Of a stretch of DNA of 64,000 nt, positions 16,454 through 28,390 are shown piece after piece; position 1 is the first letter of the stretch; each line of letters begins with the position of its first letter. Below the pieces are notes generated by a model that ran no database searches, was not told the DNA's origin, and saw nothing but the letters and a program-made list of their open reading frames with translations. Source of the DNA: a virus. Lineage: Duplodnaviria; Caudoviricetes. The stretch spans positions 64,001 to 128,000 of the IMG/VR virus record IMGVR_UViG_3300046526_000553; one strand, 5' to 3'. The translations under genes and the position numbers were made by a program.

Positions 16454-18137
16454 TAGTTCCCTTTCAGTTGTTATGTTAATAACTGGGAGTATACACGAAC
16501 ACAATCAATAAAGCAAGCCTAGGATTTATTTATCTATTTTTCGGCGGGGGTCATGACCAATGTTCTATTCCCTAAGATAGCGATACCACTTTACTGGATG
16601 TCGCACTATGTACCAAGTAAAGTGCAGCTCTAATAAACTCTTACTACCATTCCTGCGTTCAATTTCAAATTTCATACCGCTGGTAATTCTTCTTTGGTAT
16701 CAGGTAGGTTATCATATACCACCCTGTATCTCTTATCTCCACAGAAAGAACATCCTAAAGGTTTTCCATCTGAACCAACCATTTGTGCAGGAGTAATTCT
16801 TCGTTTCGGATTAGTTATATCAACAACCACACTTATTATTGCTCCACAGCCTAAACATTCGTAATGTTTTTGTAATTCATTCACAATTTAATTGTACAAT
16901 GAGGCTTAGCTATACACAATCTAGGTATTGCATATTTAATTATGTTGGTGTATAGTGCTAGGCATGAACAAGAAGCAATACGAAGAATCCCGAGCATTAA
17001 TTGATGAAGCAGATTCTATCTATGGAGACTTACCGGATGGTGCTTACTGGGCAGCATGTGAAGAATTCGGCGCGGATATGTATTTACAGATTGAGGTGGA
17101 TGAATATGAGACAGCTCATCATTTGGGTGTGCACAATAAGGATAAGGAGAAAACGGAATGAGTAAAGAGATAAGTATACCTTATAAAATGGGTAGAGATG
17201 ATTTTAAACGGGTAGCAGATAGAAAGACAGTTACACAGGTTTACAACGCTAGAATATATCTAGCAATAAAACGATCTAATGTTTTAGCGAAAAGGCTGCG
17301 TAATGACTAACCCACACGAACCAACAGAAGAACCGATACATACAATAACAATAGACGGCAAGCAATTTGAACTAGTAAGTAATCTGAATGATGAAGTCGT
17401 AATCCTCAAACCCCTACCCAAACAACCCGAAGAAGAAAAGAAGCAATCATATTGGACATACATTGAATCGTATGCGGGTAATGTTTTACGAGTAGAATCT
17501 GCATGGACTCCAAGTCAAGCCCAACTAGCCGCTGATGCTGTACGGGAATTGCTGAAATATATACAGGGCGACGAAAAACATTGGGATAAGGCTCATGCAG
17601 TAGTAATTAAAGCCCGTGACGCCCTAAAGGATTCAGAATGAGCAAATACAGCATTATCCGTGAACAAGATGACCCATTAGCATTGCGGTTGTCTATCGGT
17701 AGCCCGCATGGATTCGATACTAAAACCAATGGTTACATCGTCTACAGGGGCGATACTAAAGCTTGTATCGATTTGCTTGAGAATGCACTGGAAAAATTCA
17801 AACAATACTATGAAGAACAAGGAGAATAATATGAGCAAATTTAAACATACTTTCGATGACAGCACTCAAGAATCCTTCGAGGCTAATGGAGTAAGTGGCT
17901 GGCGACCTGCAATTGCAATGCCATACTTTGTCGGCTTCGGTCTAAAAAAGAGTAAGTGCAGATGTGGTCGAGTATTTAAAACTGAGGAAGATTTTAAAGC
18001 TCATTACATTTATAGGGCAGTTTGGGAAAATGAAAGCGGATGGATTCCTAAAATACTTGCAGATGCCCAAAGAGCTGGTCGATTAGCTAATGAGCTTGAA
18101 TCTTACGCCATCACCAATGAAGAAAAGGGGGAAAATC

Positions 18138-18545
18138 GTGCGTGATATTAAATTTAGAGCGTGGCATGTCAGTACTGGGAAAATGGAATATAACCCACTT
18201 ACGATTCCCGGTTTACATGAAAGTGACGAGCGAATCAATAATTTCTTTACATCGACAGCCAATAGATTCCAACACCTCATGCAATACACCGGCCGCAAAA
18301 CCATTGACGATAAAGAAGTATACGACGGTGACATCCTTTGCTTTTTTGATAATCACGATACGAAATATATTGTTAAATGGGACGAAGATGAAGGTGCTTG
18401 GGGCATATTTTACCGAGAAAATGTTAATGCCTTCAAAATTGGTATGAGTAGGTCCATGGAAGTTGCAGGTAATATTTACGATGACCCAGAGCTTGTTTCA
18501 CCCCCCGACACCAACCAAGCCAATGAAGAAAAGGGGGAAGTATGA
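18138..18545 (+). CDS. YopX-family protein
   Basis: IKFRAW...LMQYTG....KEVYDGDIL...EVAGNIYDDPEL. Confidence 0.9.
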   Translation: MRDIKFRAWHVSTGKMEYNPLTIPGLHESDERINNFFTSTANRFQHLMQYTGRKTIDDKEVYDGDILCFFDNHDTKYIVKWDEDEGAWGIFYRENVNAFKIGMSRSMEVAGNIYDDPELVSPPDTNQANEEKGEV

Positions 18546-20061
18546 ATAATTTAGAACTAGACAAAAAATTAGATATTATTCTTACGACAGTGCATAGCCT
18601 TGTGAATACTGAAAGTTTGAAGCAGGACTTAAAATGGCTGGTAAAGACTGAACGTATTGACGAAAATCTAGCTTGTCAACAAATCATGGCTACAAACTGG
18701 AAAACAAGCGAAATGATTGAAGCTGCTAGTAAACGTCAAAAAGAACTTGAAGCCGTTTCACCCCCCGACACCATACGAGGTACACATGAGTAAAGAAGTT
18801 ACACAAAAACTGCCAGTAGCCGTAACCGTCAAGCCAGTACTTAGCATGGTTCGAGCGCACATAGAAGATAGACCTCTCGAATTCAAAAAGTATGCGATTG
18901 AAGTTGCTAGAGAGCTTGAACTGAACGGCGAACAAGAGCTGGCAGACTATATCTACGCTCAATATCATATGATACGAACATTTGAGGTAACAGATTGATG
19001 AAAGGTATGCGCTTACGACTGACCTATAATGAGCGAATATACCTGCTTCGACTAATAGGCGAAGATACTAAATTACAACAGGCATTAGTCTCAAAATCAA
19101 TTCTCAATCTTATCAGTAAATTAACCGAGGATAACAAGTCATGACCAATCCCATCCCCCAATCCGACCAAGAATTACGAAGAAAACTGGAAAAGATGCAG
19201 TTCGCTCGCCGTGTTATTGATACGAAGTTAAACTCCAAAGGCGACGTTGTATCTGCTGACCGAGTTGAATATATACCCATGTCTGATGAATTACTCGACC
19301 AAATCCTACAGCTCATCCACTCCGCCATCACAGAAGCCAAGCGGGAGATGGTGGAACGTTTCGATAGGATTATCGGGGAATATGACCCTTCAAGTACTGG
19401 CGACTCTGACCAAGATTATGCTAACTATATCGGTAATAGATTTAGACAACAGCAGCGCCAAGCCCTAACCAAACTAACCAACGAAATTGAGCAGTCATGA
19501 ATGACCAGGATTTACGGGAAAAACTCGCAGCTTTTGAACATGAGCGGTGGGCTAAATGGCAGAACTATTTACATTCATTCCTTGTCTGGAATAACGATAT
19601 TGAAGCATGGGTACTGTCACACGAAAAGAAAGACCATTGGCAAGGCTTAACCAGAACACCATTCAACATGCTCTCTGAAGAACAGAAACAATCTGACAGA
19701 AAAGAAGTTGACCAATACTGGCCATTGATTGAAAAATACATCGAAGCCGCCATCACAGAAGCCGAGCTGAAAGCACGAATTAATGAGTTGCTTTATCTGA
19801 CAAATCATGCTGACCCCTTGATTATGGATTTAGTATGGGTACAAAATCGTATCAAAGCCCTAACCAAACTAACCAATGAGGTTGCCGGAGAAAAGGAGTC
19901 GGGGAAATGAACAAACCGTTCCCAAAATATGAAAGCAGTTGTCACGGCGCGCCGGTACGATTCGTGCCGAATCAAAAGGTAAAATATTACTGCTCAGAGT
20001 GCGGTGAACCGTGTATTGCAGTACAGAAAAAGTCTGGTGATTCGGGGAGGGATGGGGCGGA

Positions 20062-20331
20062 ATGACAGAGGAATTTAATTGGCCGAAAATGATAAAAATT
20101 GCGCGAGAAAGGTTAGGTGAAACGCAAACTAAATTCGCTCAACGGTTCGCCGTAACGCCTAATACGGTAAGCCGGTGGGAAACCGGCACATATAGCTTGT
20201 CTGTAGAAGCTATAGAATGGCTGCTTAGATATTCCAAACAAGAATTTTGTAAAGTATGTCCGAGATGCAATGGAATCGGTCTTATAAGTGAAAGCAATTC
20301 ACCAGATAATTATGAAAGGAGTGTGTTGTGA
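20062..20331 (+). CDS. XRE HTH protein with C-terminal Zn ribbon
   Basis: ARERLGETQTKFA...TVSRWETG; CPRCNGIG. Confidence 0.75.
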   Translation: MTEEFNWPKMIKIARERLGETQTKFAQRFAVTPNTVSRWETGTYSLSVEAIEWLLRYSKQEFCKVCPRCNGIGLISESNSPDNYERSVL

Positions 20332-22128
20332 TTCATAGATTTATAGGACGGATTTTCTGCCACTTTCTAGGACATGTCTGGTGGGTTATAGGAACTAATG
20401 GAGTTGAACGTGAATTTTGTAAAAGATGTGAGAAAGGTTATGGAAGGAGTGTGTGATGAAAGCCTATACACCTGAAGAAATCAGTCTTATCAAAAAACAG
20501 CTAAATTTAGATAATATGCCCACTTGGATTGTATGGGCATTCATGGACGAAAAGGGCATAAGCAGTGAACAAGTATTAGAAAAGGCAAAGTTATGAACCA
20601 GCCTGACACCCCCAAAACGCCAGAAGATGAACTGACCGAGATATTATTAGAATTTTTACCGGTGAAAGTCGTAGGGGTTGAAGACCAAGACGGCAAGACA
20701 TGGCAGAAAGATGCCAATAAATTAAAACGTCAGCAACTATTTTTCAAACTGAAAGCCAGAGAGCAGCGGATTGCTACTGCTGCTAGGATTGATGAGCTTA
20801 ATAGATTACGTCGTAATGCTACGATAATACTTAAAACTGAAATATACAGATGAAACGATATGACCGCAAATGATAAACGCATAAAACACCTACAGGCTGC
20901 CCTGCAAGCCGTTGAAGCTTGGCGTGACAGCTTATTTGAAACTGATGCTGATGGAGACAGCTATTGCACAGACATAAAGACTGAACGTAAGTTACGGAGC
21001 ATCAGGGATAGATTGAAGGCTATGTTATGACTCCCCAATCCGACCAAGGAGAAATAAGCGCACAAATTGACGAGATGCTAGACGAATGGGGTTTCAGCAG
21101 TAAACCTGGCAGTCAAAAAGGACGTATGTATAGTTCCCGGTTTTATCATGTTGAATTGAAGAAACAAATCCTCCAGCTATTCCAAATAGCCATCACAGAA
21201 GCCAAGCGGGAGATGGTGCCAAAAAGATATTTAGAAATACTTAATACTCCCGACCTAAAATTTGCTCAAGGCTGGAACGCTTGTCGTAAAGATGTGCTAA
21301 CCAAACTAACCAACGAAATTGCCAGAGAAAAGGAATCATGAAAAAGACTTGGCAGCAATGGAGCGCTTTAGAAGCCTTTATAGTCTATATGACTTGTTTA
21401 GGTTGTATGTTTGTATTTAAGAGCTATAACGTGGTTTTCTTTAGCCTATTAGGTATTCAGATATTATCAGTATTATGGATTTGGGTGTTATATTGTAAGT
21501 GGCCCAAAGGCGGTCAGCACATTGAGGAAGGGGAACCAAGGAGAATCAGATGGCAACAAAAGTAACTAGCGAGGACGCAGACCAGTTATCCGGCGAGATT
21601 GATAACGAAGGTTTTGGGTATTGGATTCAGCACTACGGTACAGGAAGTTTGAATCCTTATCCTGAACTTGTAAAACTTGCCGATAAAGCCTGCACAGCCA
21701 TGAATAAACTTGAAGAAGCATTGATTGATGCTGGTGTACCGCTGAATGAGTAAACAAGCTATTAACCTTGCAAAAGGCGATTTCATTTGTGTTACTAACC
21801 TATACTACCGCTCGGCTGAAGCGGTGGCAGTTGATGTTAATAATTTAAATGAACTGATTGATGCTGGTCGCTTAGCTGAATTGCCGATTGATGAATTTGT
21901 CACATGGCAAAAAGAGCATGAGTTTTACGCCATTGCATATTTAGGAAGTGGAAAATGAAGGCAAAATAACATGACTCCAAATGTAGTTAGTTTAAGATTA
22001 TCGAAGCAGTTGTATGAACTTAGTAAGTGGAGTGATACCTATTTCTGGCATGCTAAGCTTTCAACTGGGGAATATAAAATGGTACCTATATACTTTATCA
22101 ACCCAAAGATTGAGTGATGTAGGCGCTA

Positions 22129-22428
22129 ATGATTTGGGATAAGCTACACCAGCGCTATAATAAGCGCGTGAAAGTATATACCTTTGCTGAGCTGGCTCCT
22201 CAGATTCAAACCGCATTAAACGCCAAAGTGATGCAAGGGCTACTTGGTCGCGATACTGGGCTAACATTGATTGAAGGTTTTGTGTCTACACCGATTCAGG
22301 CAAACGTTGGTGGGAGTTACCAAATAGGTGGGCCTGCGGTGCCCATGGTAGCGGCAGTTGGTAATATAACAAACCAAGTGTATTATTTCCCCATCAAATT
22401 GCTTGTTCCATCGGTCGAATTACAATGA
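22129..22428 (+). CDS. IS cargo hypothetical protein
   Basis: ORF track; overlaps next gene (ATGA). Confidence 0.6.
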   Translation: MIWDKLHQRYNKRVKVYTFAELAPQIQTALNAKVMQGLLGRDTGLTLIEGFVSTPIQANVGGSYQIGGPAVPMVAAVGNITNQVYYFPIKLLVPSVELQ

Positions 22429-22964
22429 GAGACTTTCTGAGAAGGTTGTTAACTACTGAACATAAGGTTGCGGAAGTTAAGCCAAGCGACATTGCTCATG
22501 CACCTTCTGGTGTGGCACCTTTGTCGTCGCCATCACCAAACAATCTTCCGACAGGTGCTTCGCCCAATTCAGCAAGTCCTAGCAGCGTAACATTGGGTGG
22601 TCAAAGCTTTACTGAAGGTAATGTCAAAATGGAAGATGTTAGAGATGTCGTTGATGAAGCCAAGAAGGATTTTATCACGATTTTTGGAGTATTTGCGGCC
22701 TTACTAATATTCCTATCAATTGAAATCCAGGTATTCCAGCAAGCAAAGAGGTTTTCCTACATAATGGGCGTGAGCTTCTTCTTATTGTCAGCAATCCTAA
22801 TGTTCGCACTAGCTATCCATTCGATGTTTAACAGTGATAAAAGGTACGGCTACTACTTACTGTTGTTGGGTCTTATCGTCATGCTCTTTCTTGCTTCGGC
22901 TGCCTGTTTCTTGTGGGGCGTTGAACATACGCTCGCATTCTGGAAGTTATTTAAGAAGAACTAG
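22425..22964 (+). CDS. IS cargo 3-TM membrane protein
   Basis: FITIFGVFAALLIFLSIEIQ-type TM block. Confidence 0.7.
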   Translation: MRDFLRRLLTTEHKVAEVKPSDIAHAPSGVAPLSSPSPNNLPTGASPNSASPSSVTLGGQSFTEGNVKMEDVRDVVDEAKKDFITIFGVFAALLIFLSIEIQVFQQAKRFSYIMGVSFFLLSAILMFALAIHSMFNSDKRYGYYLLLLGLIVMLFLASAACFLWGVEHTLAFWKLFKKN

Positions 22965-23200
22965 ATTTCTTCCGTTTCACAATTTCTTCATTGCTAATCG
23001 GTGGAGTGTTAGCAAGAGCTTTGATAGCTTGTGCAAATTTGGGGTCTGATTTGGTAGATTTCTTGTTGACCATAGCTAAAACTCCGCAAAGTTATGAATC
23101 TTTAAGTAATGAGGCTATCGCTACGGCTTGCATAATAGTTTCCATACTATCTAAGCCAAGAGAAACTGCTTCATCGTCCATTAATTCATTTACCATACTA

Positions 23201-23818
23201 CTATTGTACCAAACTGACCTTTACCCCGTTTGAAGCCGCATTATCATGTAACATCGCGTACGACGGCGTAACTCCTTTTGGTACGTCAAACGCCACGGCA
23301 CAATCCACCGATACGCCTGGATTTATAGTAGGTAGCTGTGCACACTGGCTGCTGCTCGGATTCGCTGCCGTGGAGCCATCGTTATCCGCACTGTATTGTG
23401 TTCCATCCGCTGCATATACATATTGCGAAGAATCATCATAATCCTGTGATACGGTGCCAATATCCTTGATGGTCATCTTCATCACGCAAAATTGACCGTG
23501 GGCTGTAGCAGTTTCAAATTCATTGTCATTCTCAAGCTGCGTTTGCCCGCATTTGAAAGCGGTGATTGTAAAAGAAAACTTGCCATCGTTGGCCGCTTGC
23601 CCGATTTTCGGAGTGCTGCTGGGTGCGGGCGCAGGAGTGCTGCTGTTTGAACTTGGGCTCTTACTGTCACTCGATTTGCTGCTGGCTACTGTGCTGCTTG
23701 GTGTATCGCTGCTGCTGGCAGCCGAGCCGATAATCCCGATTATCACGAACGCAATAACAACTGTTAAAATTTTGTGTCTTGCGAACCAGTTTTTATGCTT
23801 ATCACCATGGTCTGGCAT
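23201..23818 (-). CDS. DUF4352-family membrane-anchored protein
   Basis: WFARHKILT TM anchor, DGKFSFT, GQFC, INPG...VAFDVP. Confidence 0.8.
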   Translation of the reverse strand: MPDHGDKHKNWFARHKILTVVIAFVIIGIIGSAASSSDTPSSTVASSKSSDSKSPSSNSSTPAPAPSSTPKIGQAANDGKFSFTITAFKCGQTQLENDNEFETATAHGQFCVMKMTIKDIGTVSQDYDDSSQYVYAADGTQYSADNDGSTAANPSSSQCAQLPTINPGVSVDCAVAFDVPKGVTPSYAMLHDNAASNGVKVSLVQ

Positions 23819-24351
23819 GGGGCGTCTCCTTTACCTTAGTTACTGCGAGGAGTTGCCCCTATTTAAAAAGCGACAACCCTCTAGATTGTCTAGACCAGCA
23901 GCAGATTCGCATCTACCGTTTTCGAGAGTTGCCGCATTTTGATGCGAATCTCTCTCGAAAGAGATAAAAAACCGCTGCTAATCTAGACCCCTAAATCATA
24001 CACTACCGAAGGAGATTTTTACATAAGTTCTTGTCAGACGAACCTTGCTTGTGTAACAGTGGTAACAGGAGCTTCGTGCTTCTTGGCTTTGCGAAGGCCA
24101 ATGTAGATACATCAATGACATCCGTGTTTCGGGTGGCGTAGTTATTCTTCGCAAAAGATGTATCTACTACTGCGCCTCCCAAGCCACGGATGTTTTTTAA
24201 TTGGGGAAAGGAGGGAGCCTATTATGGAGCGTCCTAAAATACCCTACACGCCAAAACGTGTAGGGTTGTAGTCGAAAGGGAGCCGAGCCATCAGAAAGTT
24301 TAGCTCCCCTCTACTTTTATTCTAATGAAACGATGCAAGGTCTGGCGATAA

Positions 24352-25389
24352 CTAAAAAGGCGCTTCGCCATCACTCGGTAATGAGTTGCTCGGTTGTGCC
24401 GCAAATCCTGAAGCGAGCGCCAGCAGCAATGTTCCTTGTGATGGATTTAGCATCTGCTTCGGTCGCTTGGTGCCAGCGATGAGGTTTTTATACAGTAAAC
24501 GTCCGTTGCAATGGCTGAACCAATCGTTAAACTTTGCGCTGTCATCCATGCCACGGCGATTGAAACGGTAACAGAACTCCGCACAATATTTCTGCAAATG
24601 CTTTTTACTGACACCGACGTATATGGCTTGGATGCTTAATTTCAAATGCGCCCATGTACCTTCAAGCGAATTGATATGCGCTTCACCGCGTACGTATTCA
24701 TGTTCTCCGTGATTTACGCGCATACCGATGTAGCCGAGCTTGTGTAGGGTGCGATACGGTCGGTATTCGTCTGTCATCACTGTCGCACCCTTGGCGACAT
24801 GAGACTGTATGAGCTGGTGCACAGTTGTGGCGGATGTGTCGGAAGTCGCCATCAACCGCAGATTGCCTTTACGCTCCAGTATTCCGACGACCGGCGCTTT
24901 GCTATATTGGCTCCCACGCCCTTGAGCGCCTTTGACGCGTTTGTTGTAGTGTTTGTTTGATTCTCGGCCCCCGATGTAAGATTCATCAATCTCAACGATA
25001 TTGCCAAGCAGGTCTTTGTTACCTGAATTTTCAAATCCGTAACGGATTCTTTGCAGCATAAACCAACAACTTTTTTGCGTAATCTTAAGCTCTTTGGCGA
25101 GCTGTACGCTAGACACACCCTTTTTGAAGTTCATATTATAGCGAGCGGCGTAAAACCATTTGAGTAACGGTATGTGGCTGCCTTCAAATATGGTGCCGAC
25201 AGTCACCGTGAATTGTTTGCGGCAGTCGGCGCATTTGTACAGATTGCCATTTTGGAACTTGTAGCTTCGCAGGCTACCACAGTGAGGGCAGAAGCGATTC
25301 TTGCTATTCTCACCCCAGCGCTGTGATTCCAAAAACGCCACACATGATGCTTCGTCGGGAAATTGTTGTTGGAACTCGAATAAACTCAT
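24352..25389 (-). CDS. IS1595-family DDE transposase
   Basis: CPHCGS/CADCRKQFTVTVGTIF Zn ribbon, VEIDESYIGG, TDE, INSLEG, KHLQKYCAEF.YRFN. Confidence 0.95.
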   Translation of the reverse strand: MSLFEFQQQFPDEASCVAFLESQRWGENSKNRFCPHCGSLRSYKFQNGNLYKCADCRKQFTVTVGTIFEGSHIPLLKWFYAARYNMNFKKGVSSVQLAKELKITQKSCWFMLQRIRYGFENSGNKDLLGNIVEIDESYIGGRESNKHYNKRVKGAQGRGSQYSKAPVVGILERKGNLRLMATSDTSATTVHQLIQSHVAKGATVMTDEYRPYRTLHKLGYIGMRVNHGEHEYVRGEAHINSLEGTWAHLKLSIQAIYVGVSKKHLQKYCAEFCYRFNRRGMDDSAKFNDWFSHCNGRLLYKNLIAGTKRPKQMLNPSQGTLLLALASGFAAQPSNSLPSDGEAPF

Positions 25390-25581
25390 ACATTACAGTG
25401 TACTCTCTGTTGTTGGGTTTGTCAAGTATATAGGTACCCCATAATAATTCCTTGTAGGCTTGGTCATCCATATTGTATTTAAGAAGCAGCCCGATAGCTT
25501 TCTTATCATTCCATGGGTTGTAGATGTCTTTATTACTTGCCACAGGATAGATGGTAACATATGGTATGATTATACACAAGC

Positions 25582-25989
25582 TTAAACCAGAACTTCTCTT
25601 CTAGCACCGGTCAGGGAATTGATATAGGCACTTTCATTACCTTCCCATGTCCAATGTTTGCATGGTTTCTCTTTTTGGCAACAAGAATAGCCTGTTTTTG
25701 GGTCTGGAGGTCTCGGGGTGAAAGGCTGTTCTGGGGTTGTGGATAAAGTTGGGGATAATTTAGATGGAATTGATGCAGTATTTTGTGGAAGTTTTAATCT
25801 TTCGGATAATTCTTTGAAAAAATATTCATTTTTAAGTAATTCATCTATCACGGCTTTTACTATTGGCTTGGTTTGTTGCATCTGCAGGTCTTGTTTTACT
25901 AATTCTTCTATATAACGGGACTTATTCGCCTTATTTTTGATGTAAACCCACATCTTTTCATCTAGTGTTATGCTCATTACCTTCTTCAC
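25582..25989 (-). CDS. RHH/CopG-like N-terminus hypothetical protein
   Basis: MSITLD...NKSRYIEELV. Confidence 0.55.
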   Translation of the reverse strand: MKKVMSITLDEKMWVYIKNKANKSRYIEELVKQDLQMQQTKPIVKAVIDELLKNEYFFKELSERLKLPQNTASIPSKLSPTLSTTPEQPFTPRPPDPKTGYSCCQKEKPCKHWTWEGNESAYINSLTGARREVLV

Positions 25990-27937
25990 TTGGCTATTAT
26001 CCTTTCTTATCTGTTAATAATAGTAATTATAATAGTGAATTTGTTGGCTTGCAAGATATTGATGGAAAAACTTGGGAATTTTGATTACGATACTTCGAGA
26101 CATCTAACTCGTTCAAAAACCCGACTTCATTGTAGCGAACACACCCCCTTGCTTATACGTCAACTATATGTTTTATCATGTATACTATACAACTGTTATG
26201 ATAGTACGCAATATATGACATAACATGGCACATTATAAGGCGTTGTAAGCTGTTTTATTTTTGACAATGGTATAGGTATACATCTATATACAATAGTATA
26301 CAGTCGCACAAGCTACAGTGTACGACGTTGTATAATAATCTATAACAGAGGTGATACATTATTGCTACTACATTATATACCACTGATGATATACTTGTTG
26401 GTGTATAGAACTTGGGGTGTATAGCAATAAACTATAGTATATAATGCATTGCAAAATGTGCTTAATATGCTAATGCTTGTCTTGCGTTCCTGCATCAACA
26501 TGTTAACAACCAACCCCAACTATACAACATAAAGCATTGATACTACAGATTGTATAGTATAGGGGGTGTACTGCCATGCTGTAACACGCCATGACATAGA
26601 GTACAATCAATCTAAGCTAACAATCAGACAAGCACAACAATGATACAATCAAGCGTGTAAATAAATGGTACTGACATGTAATGTATACAAAGTACTCTAT
26701 TCAATGACGGTATATAGATTATAACAATGCTACCATGATACAGCATCAATCAACAGCACAACCTATAGCAACGGCGCTACGCGCCGAATAAGCCACTATG
26801 TATTATTGTTAGCTTGCTATCATTACAATCACTCATGCTAGTGCTACACATAACTACTATGCTTACATAATCAACAAATAATAAAGCTATTGTTATACAG
26901 TTCTATATATCAGTATCACTATTATGAGCGTAACATATCAACCATAGTACTTATGCATATTTAGTGATGATTGTTTGTGCTATCAGGTATGCAATACACT
27001 AGCGTATATTGTGCGACTCCCCATTTTTTATATACACATGAGATATAACCCATGCCAATTAAAAAAGCACTAGCTTTTATACTCTAGTGCTTTTCTTTTC
27101 TATTTGCTATTACTGTATCTTTTAGCTAGTGTTCGTTCCCTATCTGCTTTTTTAAATTCTTTATTGCCCTGTACCAATTTCCAGAATGCCCGCATCTGCT
27201 GTTTATCAAATTGATATAGGTTATTCAAGCTTGCGTATTCACCCGAGTGTCTATATTCATCTGATACCAGCCCATAAACGCCCTTATGTGGTGCACAACC
27301 TTTATTCAAGTTTTTGCTTGAGCGGTCTAAGCGTTCGCTTAAGCCATCTTTTAGTTTAAACAATTCTGCTATTGTCATGTTTGCCCCTATCTTTTTACCC
27401 TTTAAATTGTTAAGTTACCTTAATAATTATATGATAACGCTAGTGTATATACAAGGTTTAATTTACAACTTGTGTATGTGCATAACCCATAACCAAAAAA
27501 GCGCCTTTCGGCGCTTGATTGCTTATTGTACCTTGCTTTTAATCAGTCTTCCCAAACTGCGATATAAGTCATGTTATACGGCTCAATATATGCGCTAGTC
27601 GCGCCCACTTCGATTGTGCAACCGCTAAACATTCGCATAATCTGGTTAAAATCATCTACATCCCCATCAACTTGCAACGCTACCCCGTTTACAAAATAAC
27701 CATCGAATTTACTTTTTGGCACTTGGCAAGCGATCACTACCTCGCGCCCGATTGTGTTATTAATCTTTTCTGCTACCCGATTTGTTAACATTGTTGCGTT
27801 CATAATTTTTTACCCTATCTTTTAATTGATGTTACAATAGTAATTATACACCAGCGTTATATATAAGCAAGGTTATTTTTACAATATACTTGTGCATAAA
27901 AAAAGCACTGTTTTTATTCCAGTGCTTTCTTAGTTTG

Positions 27938-28390
27938 CTAACTTACCCGCCAATAACCGTAAACACATCGCGTACCATATCTGCTACAATCATACGTGTC
28001 AAGCAACACCCCATCAATCACAGTTGCAACATGCTTTGATAATTTACAAATGATTATCCCGTTTGGTAGTTCGTCACTTCGTAAATGCGTTGTGCACCCT
28101 GTACCACGTGACATGAGCGGAACCCATGTAAACCCTAGTGCTTGCATGATGGCTTTTGTATCCTTTTTTTGTACACCTGTTCGCGCATTTGTGGTATGTC
28201 CACTAATGCCATAGTTACCCTTATTTTTAGCAAATCCGTTTACTAGCTCGTAAACTTCTTTATATGGTTTACCCGTTGCAATTGCAATTGCTCGTGTAAC
28301 ACAATCGCCAGTCGTGCCCTTGTATCCGGCTTGCTCGCGTCCCCCGTCGTTGTAACGGTGTTGTATACCTATGTTTACAAATTCTTGCAT
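27938..28390 (-). CDS. conserved phage protein (GDCVTRAIAIA motif)
   Basis: GDCV.RAI...H...VIDG...DTYD; Cys/His suggests peptidase-like fold. Confidence 0.65.
   Translation of the reverse strand: MQEFVNIGIQHRYNDGGREQAGYKGTTGDCVTRAIAIATGKPYKEVYELVNGFAKNKGNYGISGHTTNARTGVQKKDTKAIMQALGFTWVPLMSRGTGCTTHLRSDELPNGIIICKLSKHVATVIDGVLLDTYDCSRYGTRCVYGYWRVS

Larger units (their letters stand above)
16955..22060 (+). other. rightward operon of small hypothetical genes sharing repeated segments
   Basis: promoter TTGGTGTATAGT at ~16945; overlapping ATGA/TGA-coupled ORFs. Confidence 0.7.
22081..25438 (-). mobile_element. IS1595-family element with passenger genes
   Basis: 25-bp imperfect TIRs GGTACCTATATACTT-nnnn-AACCCA at 22081-22105 and 25414-25438; visibly higher GC; no clear TSD found. 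Confidence 0.8.

Noticed and set aside
22060-25460. target-site duplication of the IS1595 element
   Set aside because: no matching 8-bp flanks for any end position tried, so exact ends are uncertain
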